Of a stretch of 64,000 nt of DNA, positions 12,701-24,800 are shown piece by piece (within the stretch, counting starts at the first letter, position 1; each line of letters begins with the position of its first letter). The notes beneath the pieces are model-generated. The model was not told where the DNA came from. It saw only the letters and a program-made list of their open reading frames with translations, and made no database searches. This DNA is from Macrostomum hystrix (taxonomy: Eukaryota > Animalia > Platyhelminthes): positions 13,764,001 to 13,828,000 of the forward strand of contig CATNEN010000003.1 in the NCBI GenBank assembly GCA_950097015.1, read 5' to 3'. Both the position numbers and the translations under genes were made by a program.

Positions 12701-13198
12701 GGTGGCGTTGGAAGGCGGGGAATCACCCGTCCTTAACAACCTCAACTCCGTCACTAGTGGGAGAACCCGTGGGCGTGCTGGAAAGCAATCTACACAGAAA
12801 TGAGGAGAAATTTGTAAGATGCTACAGCCTTTTCTGTTATCTGTTGCCTCCTTACTAAATTACCATATTATAAATAAACAGAGTAAGAGATCTTTTTGAT
12901 GCCACAACAATTAAAGAATCAATTTTATTTGCCTTGATGTTTTGTCTTAGTTAGTACTAAAATTACCAGCTATTAGAATATGATAATAAATAACGTTACA
13001 AGACAAACTAAACTAAGAGAAATGGATATTAGTTTTTTCTTTTAAACAAAAAAGCTGAGAGCAGTGCAATTTCAAAACGAAATAATGAATGGGATTATAC
13101 ACCGTGAGTTTTTTCAATTGAATTTAGTGGCTTGCACAAACCTATTTAATAAAGGGCGGAATAACTGACAATATGCAGGCTTTATATGATGCTTGACA

Positions 13199-13364
13199 GA
13201 GATTTAAATCGGCGCCAAAAATACTTATATAATATCGGAATTTTTGTCAGATCAACTTATATATTCACCTGATTGTGTAACAATATTTGTCAACTAGAAG
13301 CAACCAATATATAGTTTCAGATAATATGATAAGATTACGCATTTTGGCGCCAATTTTAAATCTC
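13199..13364. mobile_element. Degenerate palindromic MITE-like element
   Basis: Imperfect inverted ends GAGATTTAAATCGGCGCCAAAA / TTTTGGCGCCAATTTTAAATCTC; no clear TSD. Confidence 0.45.
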
Positions 13365-13705
13365 ATTGAAATAGTAAAACAATTTGCGCCGATTAAAAAA
13401 CGAAACTAAAATGTATTGATGGAAGGTTTAAAGTAAAATACGGTCACAAACTATTAAAATGAAATTGAGTAAGATAGATGAGATAAATAATTACGATTAT
13501 GATTGGGAAGGGGACCTAACACTATATTATACAGTCGGACTGCGTCAGATAGACACACGAGCACTAGACAACAAACAGCAAAGATATTTTTTATATAAAC
13601 ATAAAATGGACAGCATCGAACAACAACAAAAACAAACTGTTAGTTTTTGTCTTAACCACCTGTTGTTAACGCGCTTAGTTTTTATTTTCAGAGCTCCCAT
13701 TGTTC

Positions 13706-14149
<444 letters not shown>

Positions 14150-14294
14150 TTATTGCTAGATGATGAGGATGACGAGCTTTCTTGGTGACGCAAAAAGCGG
14201 AAAAAGAAAACTTAATTTTGTTAGACTTCTTAGATAATGAAATAAATTTGGCATGTGGATCCTATACCACGTTTCTATGGAATAGTAATAAAAA

Positions 14295-14535
14295 ACAGCG
14301 CAGCTGTTGCGCAACAAATCTGAAAGCTGCACATGGCTGTTCAGCCCATGAACTGAAGTGGGGTCACTCCACCCTCAGTTACCCCAACTAATGTTAATCA
14401 CTCATCACTCAACAGTTGAGTTAACAAAAGCAATGCAGATTTAAGTGTCTTGCTAAGGGACACATTGTTCCAGTGGAGTCGGGAGTCGAACCCCCGACCT
14501 CCAGGTCGCAACTGTAATGCTCTAACCACTTGGCT
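14295..14535 (-). mobile_element. SINE family B (CORE-like) copy
   Basis: Reverse complement shows AGTGGTTAGAGC...GGTTCGACTCCCG and GTGTCCCTTAGCAAGACACTTAA. Confidence 0.75.
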
Positions 14536-15954
14536 AAAAACTTCTTTCTGCATGCCCCTGTTGTTATCTCTCTTATCTGCCTTAGCTCTCTTAGGAGTGA
14601 CAAGGGAGCGGCGAAAGTAAATGTTATTAATATTATTAACAAATTCACTATTTCACTAATCTAATAGTTCAAGACAAGAAGCAGTAAGCACTAATTTGCC
14701 TTTTGGGAGATTGAACATAATAGTGCTCACCCTGATTGATAAGTCAGGGTGACTAAATAATAAAGTAAATATCTTAAACTGATAACTTAGCATTATACTT
14801 CTATACTATATTAACTACATACTGATTCATTTATGATATTTCAGTGAATGTGGACATCTATTCACAGGGTATTCTGCATGTTCAATACATACAATTTACC
14901 ATGCATGCCTAGGATCAAAGTTTGCCTGCAGCCCTGCATGCTTATAGGATGTCCACACATTTTCATTCCAAAGGTATTAGAATACAACTCCAATTAAGCT
15001 TTTTTATTTAATAGTAAAACCAAACAAATACAAATACAGAGATGTATAATATATAATACTGATGTGGAAAGCCTTTATGTTTAGAAGTTGGAAGTGGCAG
15101 CAAAGATAGTGTGCTCTATTGGATTCATATTTTTATTTACAACCAGAACAGGATGGCAAGGCCTATGGAGGTTTAAAAAATGTGATGACAGTCTGCCAAA
15201 CCACTGGCTTAGCAAGTTAGGCTGGCTGATTACACCAACAACGTCTCAAGTATGTTGAGGGTTTTTAAGTGCAGCTATACTGGTGATTGCTGCTCATGTT
15301 TAGTCTAATAGCCACAAAACAATATATATGCATTATAGACTTTAACTCAAAGTTAACATTATTTAAAATGCTAAAAACCTATTCGAAAATCAGTTCATAA
15401 TAATATATGAGTTCTGATATTGCCCTTGTTGGCAAACGATAGAAGCAAAAGTAAAGATTGTATCTAATTCATTTACTTCTTAGTACAACTAACAATTGTA
15501 AAACAACAAAAACAATTTACAATAGATAGGTACATCAATCAAGTTAATAGGAACAAATCTTACACAATGACAATGGATCATATAGGCATAAAATGCAAGC
15601 TTAAAGTGAAATTCGAACCAAAAGATTTGAATAGGACTTTTTTATTTATATTCATTTATATATATATTAATTGTATTTTGAATATCAAAATTAAGTCTGT
15701 GGCACTGGTTATGCTAATTTAGGATCACATCCAACTTTTTAAAGTTATTACTTGATAAGTAAGGCCTAGCTAGCACAACAAAAGCAAAGTAAATTAATCT
15801 TAAGTGACCATTAATAACAAATCTAAAAATTAATAAAAAGTTTAAGTAGCTCTATACCTAGCTAATAAAAAACTAATGTTCTTTGTAGGAGGTAGCCAAT
15901 AGGCTTAATTAAATAGCCTACAGTCTGTAGCCTATTGGCTACAAACTATTGGAA

Positions 15955-16305
15955 ATGGCACATCATTTAGTGCTACTAGACCAATAGACACGACAGCAAG
16001 GACCCACTTCAGCCCATTATGTTGACTACTGAGCCAATTAGGGTCTATGCAAAATCTATATGTGAGACTTGTGAGACCATAGACTCACATGCTCACATAT
16101 GTGTACATCTTCCCTGATGTTTTATCTGTGCCTTTGGTCTTTGGAGGTTGGCCTTAGCCCTCAAGGACATAAGGTGCATGAGAAGCCCACAAGTCTCCAA
16201 GCCTTTGTTGCATGGCTATGCTCCAGAAAAGTCAAGAACCTAAACTTAGGATAGTAAGGGACCTTGGGTACAAAAGACTAATGTGTTAACTGCTTTGCCA
16301 CCAAC
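15955..16305 (-). mobile_element. Old, diverged SINE family A copy
   Basis: GGCACATCATTTAGTGCTACTAGACC and TTGGAGGTTGGCCTTAGCCCTCAAGG align to family A. Confidence 0.6.
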
Positions 16306-19300
16306 TGACGTCTAGACCTATTGGCTATCCCTAGGGCAGAGCTTGCTCTGCCCCTGACCCCTATGGCTTTTGCCTCATGGGATAGGTGGCTTGGCTAGGC
16401 CTAACAAATTCAATATCAAATAGTTAGTATGATTGAAAAATTGGGTATGCTGCCACATGCACATGTATGATGTAGCACTGATGACTATTAGTAGCACTAG
16501 GCCTAGCACATAAAGTTGTTGACGAGAAAATTCACATTGTTTCACTGCCTATTTATAAGATTTTTTAGCTCATTTAACTTTTAAACATGCAAAATAAACA
16601 TTTTTAGCATAAACACTAGCCTTCTAATTTTTTCAGGCGTGCAACTAGCATAATCCAGACTTTATGGGGGGTGTCTATTATGTATAAATTGGTGCATTAA
16701 TTTAACATCTTAACATGGTGGGATAAACCATAATTGCTTAAAAATAAAGTATACACAAGATAGAAGCTTGTGAATACTTAATAATTGAACAATGATTTAT
16801 GCCTTGTGCAGACGTTTGTAAGACTATAGGCAGACACATCTACTATTAAAAGAATCGTCACATCAAGTCTTCACCGTCGGCATCTGTGTACGAACTTACT
16901 CGTCGTCGCGGGCTGAGGATGTAAAAATTGAAACTTTTAAACAAGTTTAAAATAGACAGCACCAAAAATTTAAAAAAAGAAATTAATTTTTTTATCTAAC
17001 TTTGAGCTATTTAAATAAATAAAATAAATAACCTACGTCGCTTAAACACAATACATTTGTTGTACTACACTTGCAATCCGTGCATGGGTAAATCAAGGAC
17101 CACTATAAGTCTTCTTCTAGTGGTCCTTGGGGTAAATTCAAAACGATCAGCACAAAAATAAAACAGCATATCCATAGTACTTTTCTACTAAAAAGATTGA
17201 TCTTTCAACAGAAATCGAAATAGAAACTGTAAATATGACTGTCTAAAACGGTTTAGCACAAAATGAAGCTTCAAATGCTTTTTGCTTAAAATTTATTATT
17301 GCCTTTAGGTAGCGATTCATGCAAATTACTTATGTCCGTACGTATGCACTGGTTGTTCAATTGAATTTTCTGATACTGAAAAACGACGAGCTTTGCACAA
17401 TTGTGCTTGGAATATAGAAAGCGAGCATCTGAAATTTTTTAATCATGCTTTGTCTTGGGATTTCAACAAGAAATCCGCACCTGATTTTTATCAGGTGTGG
17501 GAGGCCTTTTTCTTTATTCTAAAATCTCTGTCTCAAATATATATGTATATGCATATGTATTGTATTCACTTATGCCAAATCAATATGATTTATGTGTACT
17601 TGTGCAAATTGCCTGAAACAAATCTCTAGTAGATAGCGTATATATTGACTGTGTCCGAGCGGCAAGACACTCCAATTATTATCCTCTACCATTGGCAATC
17701 TATTCAGTCCATTAAGGCTCCCAATGGATTAAAATTGCCCAGTCTCCACGCACGTATAGAACTCACTCTGGAATTTCCTTTCTTATTTTGGATTTTATCC
17801 CTTGCTTCAATCTGGTTATTAACCTTCCTTTAATTCTTTATTTAATCTGACTCTTAGCGTATGACTTTGTCCAGTCAACCTTCAACTCTGAGAAATAATC
17901 AACACAGAACTCAATTTCAATCTGATGTATTACACTGCTATTGGGGCCTTTTAGCCAAAACGTCAAGTCTGTCTTTTTGGCATCCGCTAGAGGGTTATAT
18001 TTATACTCCCGGCCGTCCGCACAAGGGAGGGGGAAAACGTAACACTTTAAAAAAAACCCTTCGAGTAAAAAAACGTTTTTGCGGGAATTCGGTTTAGAAG
18101 TTATACGATATTAAAACGGGTCTGCCTCACAGGTTTTTAATCAGATTTTAACTAGAATTTAATGTCCGTTAATTTTTGTGTAACCTAACTGACGCCATTT
18201 CTTTTTGATATACAACACATGAAGCTGAAAATTGACAGAAATGCGCAGAGATAGATAATATTTTCGTATATTTTCGTTATTACTTTATTCAAAGATGGCA
18301 AGCTTCGGGTCTGCACAAAATGTAACCTAACTGACGCCAAATTTTTGCCTCTAAAGCATAAAATATCTGGAATCAGAAAATTTCCTTTGAGAGTTTGTTA
18401 CAGACTCCAACCACGTATCGTACGGCAAAAAAAGCGGAAATTTTAACGCTTGTAACGCTTTTAACGCATTAACGTCCGGCCAGAGGCAATGGAAATAGCA
18501 TAAATTAAATGTAACCTAACTGACGCTTGCAGGCAAATAGGCTAGCACAAGATCGAAAATATAAAAAATTTAACAAATATACTAAAATTCGAATGAAAAT
18601 TACTTCGTTTTCGTGCTTGCAATGTCACCTGTCGTTGCTCCATGTTGGAACTCGTCGAATTAGTTAAATTTGATTCGACCAAAGAAACAAAAGTTTTCAG
18701 ACACGAAAAATGCTATCATTTCTGGATTTACCCGCGGTCGTGAATCTTGATCTCTGTCTTCTGAATCTGAATCTTTGAGCTCGCCTACTTTTAATTTCTC
18801 CAAAAAATGTAAAGTACTTTAAAGAGAAATTAAAGTACTTTTAGCTCACCCCAAGGGGCCATGGCTGGAAGTTAGGACTCTATGCCAGGTATTCTCAGGT
18901 AGTAGACGGTTCAAAAAGAGAGAAATTTTGCATAGGGGCAGTGTACTTGGGCGCGTTACTCGTTACTAGCTACCATTGATTACATATTTTTTGCAACGTT
19001 ACTTTTTTCGTTGCCATGGGCTTGTAACGAAAATGATGGTACCGAGTCGTTACCACCTGTGTGCATTTCCCGTTACCTGTTTCGTTAACTGTTTCCGAAC
19101 AAAAATAGAAGGAAATTAGCAGCACCGTTCAGCATTATTTCAGCATTCAGAAACGTTTTAAATTGTCAGTTTTTTCGAACTACTAGTATAAAAGATAGTC
19201 AAATTTATATAATTATCAACTATATCTTGCGATTTCTTAGTTTTATATTGATAAAATTTTGCATTCATTTTGAATTAAAGTTTTTTGCTTTTGCTGCGAA

Positions 19301-19618
19301 CGGCAAATTTTGCGAAATATTTTTTATATTTGTCAATCCATAGCCTGACTATAGACTGTAACTTTACTCTAACGACAATATTGTATTACTAATCAATAAT
19401 CAGTGTATTATCAATCTAGAAAGTAACGTTTAAAATTAATTTGAATATTTTTTGTATTTTTCGTTATCCAATTTTTCCGTTACCAAATAGTCAGTAACGA
19501 TCGTTATCGTTATCGCCGTTACTTTTTTGGTAACAGGGAGAAGGGAGAAGGGTACAAAACGATCTGGCGGTACGCAATGCAAGGATCGCTTTAATGCATT
19601 AGAGACAAAAACACTCAC

Positions 19619-19732
19619 TGAACCCGTGAGCTGGCAGTCTGGCAACCGGTGACGGAAGCGATGTACGATCCTGGTTAAACAAGGTTGAACAAGGATGTCT
19701 CCTGACGAGCTTCGCACTCACTTGTTTATATA
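19619..19732 (-). promoter_or_regulatory. TATA promoter and putative non-coding first exon (donor at 19618), probably of H3.3
   Basis: TATATAAA at 19732-19725, then an ATG-free ~80-nt segment ending CA|GTGAGT. The next acceptor-preceded ATG I could identify on this strand is H3.3. Confidence 0.45.
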
Positions 19733-20707
19733 GAGCCAGAGTCAATCACGCGCGCACGCAATGATCGCATGATCCGTCCGACCTTGACCGATTTTCGAGA
19801 TAGCCGGATCACGTGATGAAAAATTATGCCCCTAAATTTGCTGCAACATCACAGTGAAAATCATAAATATTTAAATTAATTTAATAAATATTCTACTTAT
19901 TAGTTATGAATTCTGATCTTGATGAATTTGTTGACAAATCACTTAAGATGAGAGGTAGTAAAACAAGTTATGAATTTTGAAACCAAGGTTCTACTGCACT
20001 TATAACAACGGTTATACTACAGTGGTCCTTGTATGAAACCTTAAGCATATGAAAAGAAGGTTCTGCTAAAATTGTCTATATACTTTCATTAACGTTGCCA
20101 AGTTAAATTTGATTATTTTCCTGGCATCTTAGTGTATCAGGGCTTATCACTTTATCTTTCTCTCCCTGTTGTAGCGTATTACTCCAACCGAATGGACTCT
20201 CTTTACTCTATATCAATTCTGCACGTATTCCTATCTACTGACTGTAGGCCCTGAAAAGGGCCGTTTTACCTTTTAATACTCCACGACTCTTGTGTCCACG
20301 GGACTATCACTCTATTGGTAGCGCACTCGCACTGGCACGAGCGGTCTCTCTCTCTAAGGCTTTCACAGAATGGTTACACTCCCAGTCTCTGAGGCGTATT
20401 CCTGGACTGGAGGGTCACAGCGCGCCTAAGTCTCAATCAGAGGAGAAAGAAATTAACACCTTTTAAACAAACAAACCTTATTTCTAGGTTTTGCACAGTA
20501 TTAAGAACTGGGTGTTTGTTTTATTCATCAAACTTCTCACAGAATTTATACTTTGCCTGTTTCACAATAGTTATAATATTTATTGCATTACATGTATAGA
20601 AAGTACTTATAAAATTAAAAATAGGAAACGTCTGTTCTTAAACTATACCAATCTACGCCCTTCTTCATTAGTAAGAATATAGGCATGCACTATCTTTTGA
20701 GAAGCTT

Positions 20708-21373
20708 TCAGTGCATCAGTTTGAAGAGAGCGCTAGTCTCGCTTTCATTCGAAGAGTCATTGAAAACAGCAACGGCTCGCAAGGTGCCGTTCAGCATCCA
20801 GTTATGAGTGTAGCTGAATCCCAGAGTGAAACAGGATGATAAATCAAAATAGTCACTCGGGGCTGTCACGCTGTGAAAACGAAACTCCAAAGCCGGAGCA
20901 ACAATGGAATCGTAGATCATGTTTAGCTAAGTCCGATCATATGAAGGCGAAATGACGGCGAAGTCAACGAAATTGTTGGATGATAAAATGTTTGCAGCAC
21001 AGCTGTGGAGTGCGTAGGTCCCACTGCTGGATTGTCCATCGATGAGGTGGCACACGACAATGTACTTGAACAGCGAGCACATGCGAGTGTCCGAGTCGAA
21101 CTGGGCCACCAACAGACCGCTCATCGTGTTCGCGATGCCGACGCACATGAGCTTGCTCGACACTCGCCTGGTCTGCAGAGCCAGAGCGTCGGGCAGACAC
21201 CGCGGCGTCTCCACTCTGAGCCACTCGACCTCGCTGCCACAGCGGGCCAGCTGGGCGAGGCTCAGGAGCAGAGCGAGGCCTGAAGAAGATTGATGCAAAA
21301 TTATTTTTGTTTGACGCCACGGTACTCAAACTCTGGGAGAAGTTCCCAAAGACTTACTTGTCAGACGTAGCAT
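20708..21373 (-). CDS. Small secreted PAN/apple-like protein; exons 21358-21373 and 20708-21279; in-frame TAG at 20927-20929
   Basis: ATG CTA CGT CTG ACA A|GTAAGT...TTCTTCAG|GC CTC gives signal peptide MLRLTSLALLLSLAQLARC. RVSSKLMC...QFDSDTRMCSLF resembles the PAN Cys pattern. The frame stays open for 72 codons past the TAG. Confidence 0.6.
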
Positions 21374-21846
21374 GAATGCAGGCCGGATAATGGAAACTGC
21401 TGGAAGCGGGCCGTTGCTGTGGAAGTAAAAATCGAACCATTTCCGAATTACTGCGGCCTAAAATAGGCCTACCTGGCCCAGCAAGGCTCAGTGAATGTCA
21501 TCGGAGTTCTCGGAGTTGGAATTCTCAGCTGTCGCACGAGCGACTCGCCCGGCTCTGCTTTTCCACTTTTCGCTTTTGATTTTCTCGACAGAAGCCGGCA
21601 CTTTCAGTAGCGTTGTTTCTGGGCATTGTCTGCAGTTATCCATGAGACTCTGCATTTTCCGACAAATAATGTATTGTCTAATCAAAATCCGAATTCCTGC
21701 TCAACGTAAGCCAAAAAAACCATTGCGGTTTGTTTGGGCATTTTGCTAGGCAAATAAAATGCGATAGCTGGATAATCAGAGGGCAGGATCTTTTACTGCA
21801 TAGTCCCAGACCATCTGCCAGTGAATCTGCGCAATTGTGTTATTGT

Positions 21847-24800
21847 TGTTGTATTCTTGAAGTAACGAATACAGAGATTCCAATTGTAGTGTTGGTAAAT
21901 GTAAGTATAGCGCCGAAAGGAGCACTCGGCAGTCGACTGGATAAGCGTATATTTGTAACAGCAGTATTATTAAATACTGGAAAGTTTTTTGAGTGTGCGC
22001 ACCGCGCGGGGGTTTCTATTTATAGCCTGGGGAGCGAGTGGGAGAACTTTCTAGAAAGTTCTCATAGATAGCCCGCTGGGGGAGGCGCAGAGAAGATTCT
22101 GGAAACAACAGAGTGTTATAACAAGTGGTAGAAAGTTCTAGAAAACTATTTACGGAATTATCGTAACGAAACCCACAACACCTCCCCACCAAAACTGTGA
22201 GTACAGCTGATAGAAAGTCTATAAGTCCATTTGTAGCCGTGGCTTTCGCTGCCTAGCCGACCGTCGTGGATTATCTGGTCCGTAGGGCGGCGGGTGTTGG
22301 ACTTGGTCCGGCGCTCGCCATCCTGGAGGCCTGGGTCGAGATCCTGGATGTGCCACCGCTGGTGTGGCCGGCAGCATCAGGTGGCCGGCCGTTTCGTTTT
22401 GTTGAGTCGGCAGTGATCCTGGCTCGCTGTCTTCCGCGGACACGTGTCGCGGTTGAAGCTGGTCGAAGTGCCGTCGCCACACCGGGCCGCTTGGGACAAC
22501 CTTGACGTTGACGCTGCGGCTGCCGTGCCGCTTGGTGACCACTGCCGGAACCCAGCGGCCTTCCTTCTCGCGGCGTGGTCCGTAGTAGCGAGCGTAGACC
22601 GGATCTCCGACGTTGTAGCCTTCTCGGACGCGAGACACCTTTTTCCGAGCTCTGGACTCTTCGGCCTGCTTGACTTGGCGATCCTGGGCGAGATGGGCTG
22701 GAGATGGCAGCAGAGTATCAATCTGCGTCCTGATCTGCCGGCCATTTAGGAGTTCGCTCGGAGAGTAGCCGTTGACCGCAGGAGTCCGTCGGTACTGCAT
22801 CAGGAACTGCTGTAGCGCCCTGGCAGGTGGCAGGCTGGATTTCTTCAGGGCCTTCTTGAAGGTCTGAACCAGTCGTTCGGCCGCTCCGTTTGTTGCAGGA
22901 TGATACGGAGCTCCTGTGAGGTGCGCGATGCCGTGTTCGCGACACCAAGCTTGAAACTCCTCAGCCATGAATGCCGCTGCATTGTCTGTGACGATGGCGT
23001 GAGGGTAGCCGAAGTGGGCGAAGTCTTCTTCCAGAAGCTCGATCGTTGCCCGCGTTGACATGGATTGCGTCGGGTGTATGCACGGGTACTTCGAGTAGGC
23101 GTCCGTGAGCACTAGCCAGTTGGTGCCGAGGAAGTTGACTGCGTGATCCAGATGTAGGCGACTCCAAGGCTTCTCAGGCATCATCCACGGATGGACGGCG
23201 GCCTTTGGCGGATGATTTTGGTGCTCAGCACAGCTGTGGCAGCCGTGGCACAGGTGCTCGACGTCGTCGTCGATGTTCGGCCAGTAGACTGCCGATCGAG
23301 CCAGCTGCTTCATCCTCTGTATTCCAAAGTGTCCGAGGTGGAGGATTTTCAGCACCTCATTCCGGAGGTTCCGAGGAATCACAAGACGACAGCCATGCAG
23401 AAGACATCCGTTGCAGCAGGACAGCGAATCTTTGACCTTCCGCAGGCGGGCCAGCTCAGCGTCCTCGTCTCGTCCGATTGGCGGCCAACCTTCTCGACAG
23501 TAGCGCATGGCGGTGGAGATGACTGGGTCCCTCGATGATTCCTTGGCTACGGCTGAGGCGTCAGCCGGCCGGATCTGCAGGCTCAGGACCTTGATCGCAC
23601 AGACCATGTCGAAGTCGGCTGTGCTCTCCTCCCCGTCGAAGTCTAGGTCGTCTCCGACTGGCAGGCGACTCAGGGCGTCCGCATTTCCGTGACTCTTCGT
23701 CTGGCGGTACTCGATTTCGTAGGTGAAATTGTGGAGCAGGTTCGCCCAACGAGCCAGTCGGTTTGCCGCCATCACTGGTGTCTCCTTCTCGGGCCCGAAT
23801 AGAGAAATCAACGGCTTATGGTCCGTGACCAGGATGAACTTGCGGTTGAACAAGTATTGGAAAAACTTCTTTAGGCCGAAGATGATTGAAAGGGCTTCCT
23901 TCTGAATCTGAGGATAGCGGCGCTGAGCATCCGTCAGAGACTTTGAAGCGTTGGCGATCGGCCGCTCGCTACCATCCGGGTAGCGGTGGAACAGGACGGC
24001 GCCGATCCCGACGTTGGATGCGTCGCAGGAGAGCCCGAGAGGGAGGTCGGCATTGTAGTGGACCAGCACGTTGTCCGACGAGAGCTCCTCCTTGATCTGG
24101 TCGAAGGCCCGCTGCTCTGCGTCTTTCCAGGTCCACGGTGTGTCCCTCCTGGTGAGCCGGTACAGCGGCTCGGAGATCGTGGCCATGCTTGGCGGCAGAA
24201 ACTTCGCGTAGAACTGGACCGAGCCGAGGAATGACCGGAGGCTGGACACGTCCTTTGGTGGAGGCATTTCGCGGACAGCGTCCACCTTGGTTCCCTTGGT
24301 GATGCCTTCTTTTGACAGTACATAGCCAAGGTACTCGATGCTGGGCATGGCGAATTTGCACTTCTCCCGTCGGCAGCGAAGTCCCTTGTCAGAAAGGCGT
24401 TGGAAAAGCCGGCGTAGGTTTGCGAGATGCTCATCAGCGGTCGCGCCGCCGACCAGGTAGTCGTCCAAGTAGAAAACGACTCCGGGCAGATCACCGGCTA
24501 CCATTTCCATGATGAACTGGAACTCACCCACTGCAGACTTCGGGCCGAAAGCGAGCCGCTTCTGAAGAAGCACACCCCGGTGGGTGCTCAGTGCCAGGCG
24601 CCTCTGACTCATCGGTCCCAACTCGATCTGGTTGTAGGCGTCGGCCAGATCTACCTTTGAGAAGCAGTAGCTGCCTCCCAGCTTCTGTAGCAGTTCCTCT
24701 GGGAGGGGCAGCGGGTGACGGTTGTCTTCCAGCTGCGGGTTGATAGTGCACGAGTAGTCTCCGCAGACTCGCAGTTTCGGCTGTTCTGAGCCGGTCGAGG

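Noticed and set aside
15182-15229. C/D box snoRNA (GTGATGA...CTGA)
   Set aside because: Only 48 nt, no terminal stem, and on the strand opposite the likely host intron.
17650-18044. Possible solo LTR (also 20167-20458)
   Set aside because: TG..CA-like ends and a TATA are present, but no matching TSD or second copy was found.
18180-19535. DNA-transposon remnants (TGTAACCTAACTGACGC x3; GTAACG/CGTTAC clusters)
   Set aside because: Subterminal-like motifs only; paired TIRs and a TSD could not be defined.
21488-21685. 65-aa minus-strand ORF between the PAN-like gene and LTR 1
   Set aside because: No domain or partner exon identified.
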